A DNA stretch of 63,922 bases, the filler included, from a bacterium (GTDB lineage: Bacteria; JAMORN01): NCBI GenBank assembly GCA_027063545.1. It is 14 parts of 14 records of this genome, joined end to end, with 100 filler letters (N's around TTAATTAATTAA, not from the genome) between each part and the next. Parts side by side here need not be neighbours in the genome. Positions count along the whole stretch, not along the records: positions 40,436 to 55,820 come from JAMORN010000330.1; 13 more parts are not named here. The stretch is one strand, 5' to 3'. Below, in pieces: positions 40,929-51,400 of the stretch (position 1 is the first letter of the stretch; each line of letters opens with the position of its first letter). Under the pieces are notes generated by a model that saw nothing but the letters and a program-made list of their open reading frames with translations, was not told where the DNA came from and did no database searches. Position numbers and translations under genes: made by a program.

Positions 40929-43712
40929 ATGAGAAAAAATTATAAAATAATACTATTATTAATAACAATTTCCATTTTATCCATAGCTTTATTTAAATGT
41001 TCTTCTTGTTCAAAACCTAAAGAATTAAAAAAAAGTTATCATTATATTGATACTATATCTATAAAAAGCAATAGTTTTTTTATAATAGACACATTAAATG
41101 ATAAATCTCTTTTATATAAGACTCCTTTAAAGCAGAAGGGATATTTATCTTTAAATAGTGATACAATATTAAATAACTATATTGTTAAAGCAAATTTTAT
41201 TGATACTTCAAGAGTAGTAATAGGGGCATATAAAGAAGGAATAAAAGATGCAGAAATTATATTAGGTAGAGGAGCAGAGGTAGGTTTTTTTAGAAGGAAT
41301 GATAGTATATTTTTATATCTTTATTATGGAGAACTTTATGTTAGAAAATTTTCTCCTAATGTTGAGATTATAGTAAAGAGTATATATAATGTTAGGCTTG
41401 CCTTGGATACAATAGGCTATTATTTTAAAGCTAATTTTAAAAATGTAGAGATAGTACCTATTGTAGATAGAAGTGTAGATATAGATAGCATAGAGGTTAG
41501 TCCTCCAGGAGAAATTATAAAGGATGATAGAGGTAAAGGATTTGTTAAGCTCAATGATAAGGATATAGAATATTTAATAAAATTTTTAACAAAAGAAAGG
41601 GTATATTATTTCTTAAATTATTATAAAATAGATGTAATTAAAAAAAGAGTATTGACTCGTTTACTCCCGGATTATGCATATATAAATATTCCTTTTAAGT
41701 TTAAATTTAGATTAACAAAAAATATTAGAGAATATAAAATAATACCTATTAGTCTTCCAGGAGATGCTAGATTAAAAAATGATAATTTATATTGGAGACC
41801 AAAAAAATTAGGTTTTTATTATTTTAAATTTCTTTTTGTTATAAATAATATTGACTCTATTTACTATTCTAAAGTAATAAAAGTTATACCATCTATCAAA
41901 GGGGATATTGTTGTAAATAAAATATTTGTCCCTGATAGTTTTTGTTATAAAATAACCTTTGATTTTTCAAATGTTTACTCAGTAATTACATTAAATAAGA
42001 AATTAATATATAAGATTTTTATAAATAATCAATTAATAGATTGGCCATTTAAGGAAAAGTATAAAGAAATATGTTTATATAAATCGGGAGATTATGATAT
42101 AAAAATAGAGGTACAATCTATTAATAAAGACATAAAAGTATTTAATAAAAAAATATTTTTAGACTTTCCACCTAAATTAAAATTTTCCATATTAAATTCT
42201 ACTATTTATAGTGCAGATACTATAAAGATAGATGTTAGTAAAACAAAAGATGATTATGATAAATTTAGTCTTTTAAGATTTCATGTATATTTAAAGAATA
42301 CAAGAACATCAAGAATAATAAATAAAAAAGTTAGAGGAAAAAGAATTATAAATATTATTCCTAAAGGAGATGGATGTTATAAAGGCTATATAGAAGTAGT
42401 TGATACAAAAAATAATAGTTTTAAGAAAAATTTAAGATTAAAGGTATTTTTAAATGTATTTGTTGTATTGAAAGATAAATATTCAATTCATGTTAATCAA
42501 AAATTTACCCCTAGTATAAGAATAAAAGGTGATAATATAGACTCTATTTTCGTAGATTTTAATAATGATAAAGTGTTTGATTATAAAACAAGATTAAAAA
42601 GAATTATAAAACCTAGCTATATATATAGAAAGGAAGGGAAGTATAATTTAGTTGTTTATGTAAAAACAAAAGATAAAAGAATTAGTAAATTTTCAAGTAT
42701 AGTAAATGTTATAAATACTCCTACGTATGTTAAAATATTACCAATAGATAAAGATTATTATGTAAAAGAGAGAATACCTATTAAAATAGAAATTAAAGAT
42801 CCGGATAATAAAATAGTAAAAATAAAATATGATTTTAATGGTGATGGTATTATTGATTCTACTTTTAAGAGATATTATTCTGTCATAAGGTATGCATATA
42901 AAAGAAAAGGTAGATATAAATTAAAGGTATTTGTTGAAACAGATGATGATAAGATAACAGGAGATTCAATAAGTATAGTAATAAAAAATCATAAGCCATA
43001 TGCTATAGCGCCTGAAGATATAACCCCTAGAAAAGGCGAGATGGTTACATTAAAAGGATATGGAAGAGACATTGATGGTAAAATAATAGAATATGCTTGG
43101 GATTTTGATAATGATGGAATATGGGATTATATTTCAAAATCTCCAGATGTTAAACATAAATTCTATAAATATTCAATTGTTATATTGAGAGTTATGGATG
43201 AAGATTATGATTATGGTTATGATACTATGAGGGTTGTTATATGTCCAGATGATATGGTATTAATAAAAGAAGGAAAATTTTGTATAGATAGATATGAATA
43301 TCCAAATAAAAAATATGAAAAACCTATGAATAATGTTTCATTTTATGAAGCAGTAGAAATATGTAAAAAACAGGGTAAACATTTATGTTTTGAAGATGAA
43401 TGGGAACAGGCTTGTGAAGGGAAATTCCATTATAGATATCCATATGGTAATAGTTTTAGTCCTAGAAAATGTAATACTTTTAATAATAAAAAAACAATAT
43501 CTCCATCTGGAGAATTTTATAGATGTAGGAGTTTCCATGGAGTATATGATTTAAGTGGGAATTTATCAGAATGGGTCCAAACATTAGATGGTGTGGGAAG
43601 GGCATATGGGGGAAATTATTTGACTAAAGGCTTTAATTCTACATGTAAATCATACATAGTTGTTGATAAAAAGAAGAGATTTTTTCATATAGGTTTTAGA
43701 TGTTGTAAATAA
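40929..43712 (+). CDS. Large exported protein with PKD/Ig-like repeats and a C-terminal FGE-sulfatase (SUMF1-like) domain
   Basis: Signal/anchor; DFNND, YDFNGDG and WDFDNDG PKD-type motifs; CPDDM..FCIDRYEYP, EWEQAC, YPYG, DLSGNLSEWV, GFRCC. Confidence 0.8.
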   Translation: MRKNYKIILLLITISILSIALFKCSSCSKPKELKKSYHYIDTISIKSNSFFIIDTLNDKSLLYKTPLKQKGYLSLNSDTILNNYIVKANFIDTSRVVIGAYKEGIKDAEIILGRGAEVGFFRRNDSIFLYLYYGELYVRKFSPNVEIIVKSIYNVRLALDTIGYYFKANFKNVEIVPIVDRSVDIDSIEVSPPGEIIKDDRGKGFVKLNDKDIEYLIKFLTKERVYYFLNYYKIDVIKKRVLTRLLPDYAYINIPFKFKFRLTKNIREYKIIPISLPGDARLKNDNLYWRPKKLGFYYFKFLFVINNIDSIYYSKVIKVIPSIKGDIVVNKIFVPDSFCYKITFDFSNVYSVITLNKKLIYKIFINNQLIDWPFKEKYKEICLYKSGDYDIKIEVQSINKDIKVFNKKIFLDFPPKLKFSILNSTIYSADTIKIDVSKTKDDYDKFSLLRFHVYLKNTRTSRIINKKVRGKRIINIIPKGDGCYKGYIEVVDTKNNSFKKNLRLKVFLNVFVVLKDKYSIHVNQKFTPSIRIKGDNIDSIFVDFNNDKVFDYKTRLKRIIKPSYIYRKEGKYNLVVYVKTKDKRISKFSSIVNVINTPTYVKILPIDKDYYVKERIPIKIEIKDPDNKIVKIKYDFNGDGIIDSTFKRYYSVIRYAYKRKGRYKLKVFVETDDDKITGDSISIVIKNHKPYAIAPEDITPRKGEMVTLKGYGRDIDGKIIEYAWDFDNDGIWDYISKSPDVKHKFYKYSIVILRVMDEDYDYGYDTMRVVICPDDMVLIKEGKFCIDRYEYPNKKYEKPMNNVSFYEAVEICKKQGKHLCFEDEWEQACEGKFHYRYPYGNSFSPRKCNTFNNKKTISPSGEFYRCRSFHGVYDLSGNLSEWVQTLDGVGRAYGGNYLTKGFNSTCKSYIVVDKKKRFFHIGFRCCK

Positions 43713-43751
43713 AAAAAGAGCAAGCCCTTTTATAGAAAGGACTTGCTCTTT
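43711..43751 (-). terminator. Intrinsic terminator between convergent genes, best on the minus strand
   Basis: 16-bp stem AAAGAGCAAGCCCTTT / AAAGGACTTGCTCTTT; the one mismatch becomes a G-U pair on the minus strand, followed by a U-tract. Confidence 0.82.
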
Positions 43752-43775
43752 AAAGCTTATATAAATATTATTTTT

Positions 43776-44351
43776 TTATTCTAGATCTTCATAGCTATCT
43801 ATAAGTTCATCTCTCCATGTTTCTAAAGAATCATATTCCTTTTTAAATTGATCTTCAGATACATTAGGAAGAATATTATTTTCATTTAAAAATTTTAATT
43901 CTTCAACAAATTTATCATAATCATCTTCCATTCTTAATTTTAAATCTGCGTAGATTGCAAATTTTTTTAAAGTTTCATAAAATTCTTTAGCTTCTTTTTC
44001 TGTTATAGGTTTTTTTCCATCCCCTATTATTTTGTACATTCCTTTTCTTAATAGTTGTGTAGAATTTCCTAAAGGTTTTTTTAATATATTCCCATCATAG
44101 TCGGCCCATAAAACTTTTACATGTTTTTTACCATCTTTATCTACTTTTATTTCATACCCTTTATATACAATTTCTTCCATAAGAAGTCCTAATCCTTCTT
44201 TTACATACCATTGGGCTAAGGTATTTTCATATTCATCTTTGGTAGCTTCCATATCAGGAGTAACTTTAAGTTTTGCCCATAATGAGGAGTTTAAAAATAT
44301 AATTAATGATAATACAATAGAAGTTAGTAAATAACTTTTTTTTCTTTCCAT
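43776..44351 (-). CDS. Exported hypothetical protein
   Basis: ATG at 44351 follows AAAGGAGGT; signal peptide ending SLWA; acidic helical mature part. Confidence 0.7.
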   Translation of the reverse strand: MERKKSYLLTSIVLSLIIFLNSSLWAKLKVTPDMEATKDEYENTLAQWYVKEGLGLLMEEIVYKGYEIKVDKDGKKHVKVLWADYDGNILKKPLGNSTQLLRKGMYKIIGDGKKPITEKEAKEFYETLKKFAIYADLKLRMEDDYDKFVEELKFLNENNILPNVSEDQFKKEYDSLETWRDELIDSYEDLE

Positions 44352-44373
44352 TTTTCCACCTCCTTTGTGGTTT

Positions 44374-45288
44374 TTATATAATTTCAAAATCCCACTTTAA
44401 TTTAAAATTAAATTTTTTATTTTCTTTTGTAAAAGTAAAAAGAGGAGAGTGTATTTCTAACTCTACGAAGTTTCTCTCTTTATCAGAATATATTTCTATA
44501 TTACTATCATGAGGATATCGAGTATTAAATGTATCAAATTTTTGTATAAATTTTATATATCTTTCTTTTTCATATATAGGTTGATATGAAATTAACTCAC
44601 CTATTTGAGTTAAGAAATATAATTTAAATCCGCCTATATTTTCTATTTTTATATCAAATTCATTTTTTTCTTCATTAAAGATTATATTTTTTTCTAACAC
44701 CTCTTCATCATATTTAAAAATTTCTTCAGTTTTTAAAAGTTTGGCATCTTTTATTTTTATATTAACAGGTTTTTTTACCTCGCATACATTCCATATACCC
44801 CACCAATCAAATTCATCATTTTCTTTTTCTATAGATATTTCAATATTAACTTCATTGGAGTCTTTTTTTATTTCAAAAAATTTTTTTATTTGAATCCCAG
44901 TTTCTCTATCAATAGGAGAGGAAAGCAAAACAACTACATCACCATTTTGTTTTTCATAATACTGTATTTCGTAAATTCCAGAATCTAAATCTAAAAAAGG
45001 AGGTAATCCTTCTCCCCATTTATATTGAGGAGCTAACCAAACTTTATATCCCCCATAATTTAACCATCCTAACTCTTTCCTTAATTTTTTTATTTCTTCT
45101 TTTGTAGCTTCTTTGGGAAGTTCTATAATTTTTCCTGGATTATCTATTGTTTCATATAAAATATTGAAATCTTTACTTCCATAATATAGAACCCTTCCTC
45201 CAGCATATTTTGTAAATATTATTCTTTTGTTATCATCTTCAATCATTAAGCAGTCCCAACCTAAGAATTTTGTTTTTGTTATTTTCAT
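44374..45288 (-). CDS. DUF4380-like protein (galactose-mutarotase-like fold)
   Basis: GGRVL, NYGG.KVWLAPQ..W, PP..LDSG, VELEIHSP. Confidence 0.65.
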   Translation of the reverse strand: MKITKTKFLGWDCLMIEDDNKRIIFTKYAGGRVLYYGSKDFNILYETIDNPGKIIELPKEATKEEIKKLRKELGWLNYGGYKVWLAPQYKWGEGLPPFLDLDSGIYEIQYYEKQNGDVVVLLSSPIDRETGIQIKKFFEIKKDSNEVNIEISIEKENDEFDWWGIWNVCEVKKPVNIKIKDAKLLKTEEIFKYDEEVLEKNIIFNEEKNEFDIKIENIGGFKLYFLTQIGELISYQPIYEKERYIKFIQKFDTFNTRYPHDSNIEIYSDKERNFVELEIHSPLFTFTKENKKFNFKLKWDFEII

Positions 45289-46133
45289 ATTTTCTCCTTT
45301 GTTATTAAATTTTTTATTTCTTCTATTAACTTTTCTTTATTATTTAACATCTCTATAAATTTTTGATGAATTTTTCCATTTGAGACAATAAAATCTGATT
45401 TTTTTAGATCAAATTCTTTTCCTTTGAAATCTGTTATTTGAGACCCGGCATTTTTTGCTATAATATATCCGGCAGCAATATCCCAGGGTTTTAGATTAAA
45501 TTCCCAATAACCATCTAATCTTCCTGCTGCAACAAAACATATATCTAATGAAGCTGCTCCAAATCTTCTAAGTCCTGTTATATTCATTAATAAAGAGTAA
45601 GTTTCTAATATATTTGAGGAATATATATCTTCTCTTTTATATGGAAATCCTGTTGCTAAAATAGAATTTTTTATATTCTCTATAGATGAGACTTTTATAA
45701 TTTTATCATTTAAATAGCTTTTATCTCCTTTTTTAGAATAAAATAGTTCTTCATAGATAGGATTATATACAAATCCTAATAGTATTTCTTTATTAAAATA
45801 TAAGGCTATAGATATAGCAAAATAAGGAATAGAATGCGCAAAATTATTTGTCCCATCAATAGGATCAATAATCCAAATAAATGAATCTTTTTTATCAAGA
45901 GTTTCAATTAAAAGCCCATCTTCTTCTGCTAAAAATAGATCATCGAGAAAATTTTTTTTGATATCGTTTTTTATTTTATCCTGGAGAAGTTTGTCATAAT
46001 ATGTAAGAAGCTCTCTACCGTCTTTATTGATAGTGCCTTTATCTGATTTATAAAATCCTTCTTTTAATATATTACCATATTCGTAAATTTTTTCCTTTAC
46101 AAAATTAAATCTTAATTCAATTTCTTTAATCAT
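45285..46133 (-). CDS. suhB: Inositol monophosphatase family protein
   Basis: LAEE, WIIDPIDGTNNF, RRFGAASLD, WDIAAG. Confidence 0.92.
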   Translation of the reverse strand: MIKEIELRFNFVKEKIYEYGNILKEGFYKSDKGTINKDGRELLTYYDKLLQDKIKNDIKKNFLDDLFLAEEDGLLIETLDKKDSFIWIIDPIDGTNNFAHSIPYFAISIALYFNKEILLGFVYNPIYEELFYSKKGDKSYLNDKIIKVSSIENIKNSILATGFPYKREDIYSSNILETYSLLMNITGLRRFGAASLDICFVAAGRLDGYWEFNLKPWDIAAGYIIAKNAGSQITDFKGKEFDLKKSDFIVSNGKIHQKFIEMLNNKEKLIEEIKNLITKEKI

Positions 46134-49100
46134 AACATTTCTCCTTTTATATTGTAGTTAAATAGGTAATCTTTTACATAAAATCTTAATAAGTCTATTA
46201 AATATAAGTTTGTTATAACCTCATATTCATTAGGTCGTATTTGAATTAAAAAAGGAATAATATTTTTTCTATCATTTCTTATTTTAGCAATAGCAGATAG
46301 AACATTGTCTTTAATAGTAAAAATCATTCTATCTATTCCATATCCTATAGTTACGCCTGTTTTTAAAAATTTTATATTTATATCTTTTAAGTAAAAGTAG
46401 AGTTTATCTAAAAATACTTCAGCGGCTTTATAGCCTATTTTTGATACATCAATTGTACCATTTATATTAGTTTTTTTAAAATTATTAAAAGGATTTAATC
46501 CTATAGCTGTTATCCATATGTTTGTATTTATATAATATTCTTTCATATATTTGTGCATAAGCTCTTCTTTCTTTACTTTTTTATCTAGGAATCTAATATT
46601 TAATCTTTTTATTTCAGAACCAATATTTAATTGTGTATAGTCTAACATATTAATTAATTGTTCATCTAGCTGATCAAAATAGATATTTAAAGTTTTAGAT
46701 AATCCAAAATTAAAAATTACTCTATAGTTTCCACCTAATAATAAGCCAAAACTTTTGTTTATACTAAATTTTCCATTGGAGTAATAAAGAGAAAACTGGT
46801 TATTAAAAATGGATATAGTATCATAGTTATATATTAATGTAATAGAATCTATAAAACTAGGTGTTAGATTTGCGATATTTTCTTTTTTTTCAGTTTTAAT
46901 TATAGATATACTATAAGGCGATACCATTATATTTTGGTATAATGGTAAATTAATATTTATACCTTTAATTTTTATAAGGTTTTTTATTCCTAATTCAGAA
47001 GAATTAATTTTTGTATTAGAAGAGATCATTATAGGAGTCATATAAGCAGAAAGTTTTTTAGAACTAAAATTAGGAGTTAAATAAATTTTAGAATTGTTTT
47101 TTATAGTTAATATACCATAAGGTTCATATTGAAGTTGTTCTTTCTCAGAGTAATGTTTAGAAAGAGAGTCAAGTATTACTATAGCTATCAAATTATTATT
47201 AATTGTAAAAGGATTTTTTATTGATAAATTATTTATCTCTCCACTGTTTATAATATTAGCAATATTTTTGATAGAAGATTTGAAAAAGTACTTAACAGTA
47301 TCTATTTTATCAAATATATTTTTGAACTTTAGACTAACAGAAGATGACAAATTTCTTAAAATACTTATAGAGTCGTATACAATTTCATTTATAGTTGAAG
47401 TTAATATATTTCTTCCTGCTATGCTATTTTTGTTTAGTTTTAGATAAGAATAATTATAAATAGATATCTTGTTGATTTTTACATCTAAAGTATCATAGGA
47501 TATTTTAAATAAATCAATATCCCCAGAAGTATTTATATTTAAGGATAAAATAGACTTTAGTGTGTTTAAATCAATCTTTCCGTAATATGATATGTTATTT
47601 TTTATTGTACCATTTGATGATATATTTATATTATTAATAATACTATCTTTTATAAAAATCTGACTATAATATTTCATTTTATTCCAAAGACTATTTTTAA
47701 ATTTAACAGAAGAATGATTGGTTCCTTTTATATCTATAGAGTTTTTTTTTATATTAAAAGCCAAGTTTATGTAGGTTTTATTAAAAAAAAATTCAGAATT
47801 TACAAAGTTAGAGTCTTTAACCTTCAATTTAGTTAGATCTTCTGAGATATTTAATGAGCCTTTACCATATAAATAAATAGTATCTTGTGCTATACTAGTG
47901 ATTAAATTATACTTAAATAATTTATAATTTTTTTGAAAAGATAGTTCTCCATTTATTTGTTTTAAAATTAATAATCTATTATCTGGTAATACATTTTTAA
48001 AATCATTCAATGATAATTTATAGCCCAACTTTATTTTCATTTTTTGATTTTCTAAAAATTCTTTAATACTTTTATATTTCTTTTTTGGGAAAGATACTAT
48101 GATGTTAGTTTTTATAAAATTTTTTTTGTACTTAATGCTGGCTTTTGTATATATATAAGGATAAAAATTCTTTTTAAAATCAATAGAGCTGAAAAAGTTT
48201 ATGTTGGATACTCTAATGATATATCTAGCATCCATATTCCCTTTGGCATTAATATATCCATTAAAGTACAATGGAGTAATTAGAAAGTTTTTTGTACTAA
48301 CCTTAGATATTGCAATTTTATAAACTTTATATCTTCCATCTAAAATTTTTATAGCATTAGAAGTTATAGCCATTCCAGTATTTAATCTATTTATTCTTAT
48401 ATAATTAGGATAAATAGTTAAAAAAATGTAGGTAGGTTTTAAAGAGAGTGTTATATAGTCAAAATCAATATTTTCAGGATTAAATGGCTCTATGATTTCT
48501 TTTTTTAATTTAAAGTTATAGTTTTTTGTAAGTAAACTTGCAAATATTATATCCTTGTTAAAATTAAGAGTTATATTGGCAAATTCTTTATTTTTCAATA
48601 GTATTTGTGCTTTAATTTTATTAATATCATTTAGATTTAGCTTACCTATTAGTTTTATATCACCTTTTTGGGGATATATTCCTTTTAATAGAATATTATT
48701 TATATAAATATTAGAATACATAGGAATATCTTCAATACTTATAATTTTATTCTTTACACGGATATTTAGCTTATTTTCTATGTTTCCAATAGAAATTAAC
48801 TCTTTTTTAATATTAAAAAGTTTTACATTATTTATAGATGTAGAAACTTTGAAAATACTATTTGTTAGTAATACTAAACTGGTAAAACTGCCATTACCTT
48901 TTATTTCTTTTACCTCTATTTTTATTGTTTTATTATCTGTATATAGATAATCAGATATCTTATAATACAACCTAAATTTAAGATTATTTAAGCTTTTAAT
49001 GGAAATGTCTTTTACACTAATATTACTAATCATAAAGGTTTGTTGTGAGATTTTATCTTTTATAGCTATATTAATTTTTGAGAGTTCAACTTTAGATATT

Positions 49101-49612
49101 TTATATGTTATAGGCAAGGAGATTGATAAAACTTTTTCTAGATCTTTTATACTAAATTTTGTTGTATCTTCCTTTTTTTTATTTTTAGGAAAATTATTGG
49201 CAAATATTTTAATATCCCCATTTTTTATATCTATTTTATTGATAATTGTTAGAGGAAATATAGATCTATATGAAATTTTATTTATATAAGTATTGATAAG
49301 AATATTTTTTGTCTCAGGTTCATATATTTTTATGTTAATATTTTTTATATATCCATAGAAAGGGCTAAGAATTCGAGCTTTTTCGACTTTTACAGATATT
49401 CCATTTATTTCTATACCTTTTTCAATAATTTTACTTATATATATAATGCTAATAATATATATTAATAAAAAAAATAATAGAATAGAAAAGATAATAAAAT
49501 GTGTTTTAATAAAAACTTTTATAGGTGTTATAACATAATTCTTAAAATTCTCTTTAGTTGCTTTTTTTCTTTTACCTTTTTTAGACTTTTTTCCTCGTTT
49601 TTGTGATCTCAT
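46130..49612 (-). CDS. Large membrane-anchored beta-rich protein, possibly AsmA/YdbH-like
   Basis: 1160 aa; basic N-tail, single TM, then long alternating beta-strand pattern; no catalytic motif. Confidence 0.55.
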   Translation of the reverse strand: MRSQKRGKKSKKGKRKKATKENFKNYVITPIKVFIKTHFIIFSILLFFLLIYIISIIYISKIIEKGIEINGISVKVEKARILSPFYGYIKNINIKIYEPETKNILINTYINKISYRSIFPLTIINKIDIKNGDIKIFANNFPKNKKKEDTTKFSIKDLEKVLSISLPITYKISKVELSKINIAIKDKISQQTFMISNISVKDISIKSLNNLKFRLYYKISDYLYTDNKTIKIEVKEIKGNGSFTSLVLLTNSIFKVSTSINNVKLFNIKKELISIGNIENKLNIRVKNKIISIEDIPMYSNIYINNILLKGIYPQKGDIKLIGKLNLNDINKIKAQILLKNKEFANITLNFNKDIIFASLLTKNYNFKLKKEIIEPFNPENIDFDYITLSLKPTYIFLTIYPNYIRINRLNTGMAITSNAIKILDGRYKVYKIAISKVSTKNFLITPLYFNGYINAKGNMDARYIIRVSNINFFSSIDFKKNFYPYIYTKASIKYKKNFIKTNIIVSFPKKKYKSIKEFLENQKMKIKLGYKLSLNDFKNVLPDNRLLILKQINGELSFQKNYKLFKYNLITSIAQDTIYLYGKGSLNISEDLTKLKVKDSNFVNSEFFFNKTYINLAFNIKKNSIDIKGTNHSSVKFKNSLWNKMKYYSQIFIKDSIINNINISSNGTIKNNISYYGKIDLNTLKSILSLNINTSGDIDLFKISYDTLDVKINKISIYNYSYLKLNKNSIAGRNILTSTINEIVYDSISILRNLSSSVSLKFKNIFDKIDTVKYFFKSSIKNIANIINSGEINNLSIKNPFTINNNLIAIVILDSLSKHYSEKEQLQYEPYGILTIKNNSKIYLTPNFSSKKLSAYMTPIMISSNTKINSSELGIKNLIKIKGININLPLYQNIMVSPYSISIIKTEKKENIANLTPSFIDSITLIYNYDTISIFNNQFSLYYSNGKFSINKSFGLLLGGNYRVIFNFGLSKTLNIYFDQLDEQLINMLDYTQLNIGSEIKRLNIRFLDKKVKKEELMHKYMKEYYINTNIWITAIGLNPFNNFKKTNINGTIDVSKIGYKAAEVFLDKLYFYLKDINIKFLKTGVTIGYGIDRMIFTIKDNVLSAIAKIRNDRKNIIPFLIQIRPNEYEVITNLYLIDLLRFYVKDYLFNYNIKGEML

Positions 49613-49614
49613 TT

Positions 49615-50703
49615 CTATTTTTTATAATTATCTATAAGTTTAACAAATTCATCAAACAAATATCTAGAATCATGGGGTCCTGGACCGGCTTCTGGGTGGT
49701 ATTGTACTGTAAACCAAGGATCGGTTTTACTTCTAATTCCTTCTATGGTATGATCATTTAAATTTATATGAGTAATTTCAACATCTTCAGGCAGAGTATT
49801 AGGATCCACAGCAAAACCATGATTTTGAGCGCTAATTTCTACATGTCCTGTTTTTAAATTTTTTACAGGATGATTCCCACCATGATGCCCAAATTTTAAT
49901 TTATATGTTTTAGCTCCAATTGCATTTGATAAAATTTGATGTCCTAGACATATTCCAAATATGGGAATCTTTTCTTTTAATAGATCTCTTACTAATTTTA
50001 TACCAGTTTCTACAGCAGCAGGGTCTCCAGGCCCATTTGAAAGAAATATTCCATCAAAGTCATATTTTAAAATATCCTCAGCTTTTGATTTGGAAGGGAA
50101 TAATGTTACACTAAATCCTCTTGCTAATAATTGATTTAAAATACTCTTTTTAATCCCAAAATCTATAGCCCCAATTCTATATTTTTTATTTTCTGCCTTA
50201 TATTCTTTAATTTCTTTAGTAGAAACCTTATCTGCTAAGTTTAGTCCTTCCATTTGAGGAGATTCTAAAGCTATCTTTAATAATTCATCTTTATCATCAA
50301 TCTCAGTTGAAAGTACAGCTCTCATTGCACCTTTTTCTCTTATATGCTTTACTAGTCGCCTTGTATCTATTCCTTCAATCCCTGGGATATTATATTCTAA
50401 TAAAAAGTCTTCCAGAGTTTTTTCACTTCTCCAATTTGAAGGGATTCTGTGATATTCTTTTACAATAAAAGCAGATACATAAGGTTTATCACTTTCATTA
50501 TCTTCACTATTTATACCGTAATTTCCAATCATTGGGTATGTCATCACAACCATTTGTCCAAAATATGATGGATCTGTAAGGATTTCTTGATACCCAGTCA
50601 TAGCAGTATTAAAGACCACTTCTCCAGTAAAAGTTCCTTGAGTTCCAAACGATTTTCCTATAAATAAAGTACCATCTTCAAGCATTAAATATGCTTTCTT
50701 CAT
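49615..50703 (-). CDS. carA: Carbamoyl-phosphate synthase small subunit
   Basis: GEVVFNTAMTGYQE..TDPSY, LSNGPGDP, GICLGHQ, QNHGFAV, QYHPEAGPGP. Confidence 0.97.
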   Translation of the reverse strand: MKKAYLMLEDGTLFIGKSFGTQGTFTGEVVFNTAMTGYQEILTDPSYFGQMVVMTYPMIGNYGINSEDNESDKPYVSAFIVKEYHRIPSNWRSEKTLEDFLLEYNIPGIEGIDTRRLVKHIREKGAMRAVLSTEIDDKDELLKIALESPQMEGLNLADKVSTKEIKEYKAENKKYRIGAIDFGIKKSILNQLLARGFSVTLFPSKSKAEDILKYDFDGIFLSNGPGDPAAVETGIKLVRDLLKEKIPIFGICLGHQILSNAIGAKTYKLKFGHHGGNHPVKNLKTGHVEISAQNHGFAVDPNTLPEDVEITHINLNDHTIEGIRSKTDPWFTVQYHPEAGPGPHDSRYLFDEFVKLIDNYKK

Positions 50704-50716
50704 TATGACTCCTTTT

Positions 50717-51400
50717 TTATGTTTTTAATATAGTCAAAATAAAAATTTTTTCCACTTTTAGTACTTTTATAATTTCCTTTATTGTAGTACCTGTTGTTAA
50801 AACATCATCAATTAAAATAATTTTTTTATCTTTAAAAAAGAAATCTATATTTGACTTAAATGCATTTTTGAGATTTATAAGTCTTTGATTATAATTTAAA
50901 GAAGCTTGAGTTTTAGTTTCTTTAATCTTTATAATACCATTTTTTATATATCTAATATTTAATTCTGAAGACACTTTTTCAGCAATTATTTCTATATGGT
51001 TAAATCCTCTATATATAAGTCTTTTTTTAGATGTAGGTACAGGTATAATATATTCAAATTTTTTTAAATTATTTTTTTGTATATATGAATAGAAATACTT
51101 ACTAATTAAATCCCCTAAAAAAATTCCTATTTCTTTTATTCTTTCATATTTTAAAAGATGTATAAGATGAGAAAGTAGAGGAGATGTATGGTATCTACCT
51201 AAATATAAATGATTGTATGTTTTATCTATTTTATCTAATGTAGGTTTTATTTCTTCTTGAATACTTTTAAGACAACTTTTACAAATTACTTCATTACTTG
51301 TTATTTCATTAAAACAAATAGGACAACGTCTTGGATATATAAAATCAACTATATCTGAAATTATGGATGTATTAATAATATTATTTAACTTTATTTTCAT
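50717..51400 (-). CDS. comF: ComF-family phosphoribosyltransferase-like protein
   Basis: CxxC..CxxC zinc ribbon, LKY, PVP, RGFN, LIDDVLTTGTT. Confidence 0.88.
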   Translation of the reverse strand: MKIKLNNIINTSIISDIVDFIYPRRCPICFNEITSNEVICKSCLKSIQEEIKPTLDKIDKTYNHLYLGRYHTSPLLSHLIHLLKYERIKEIGIFLGDLISKYFYSYIQKNNLKKFEYIIPVPTSKKRLIYRGFNHIEIIAEKVSSELNIRYIKNGIIKIKETKTQASLNYNQRLINLKNAFKSNIDFFFKDKKIILIDDVLTTGTTIKEIIKVLKVEKIFILTILKT

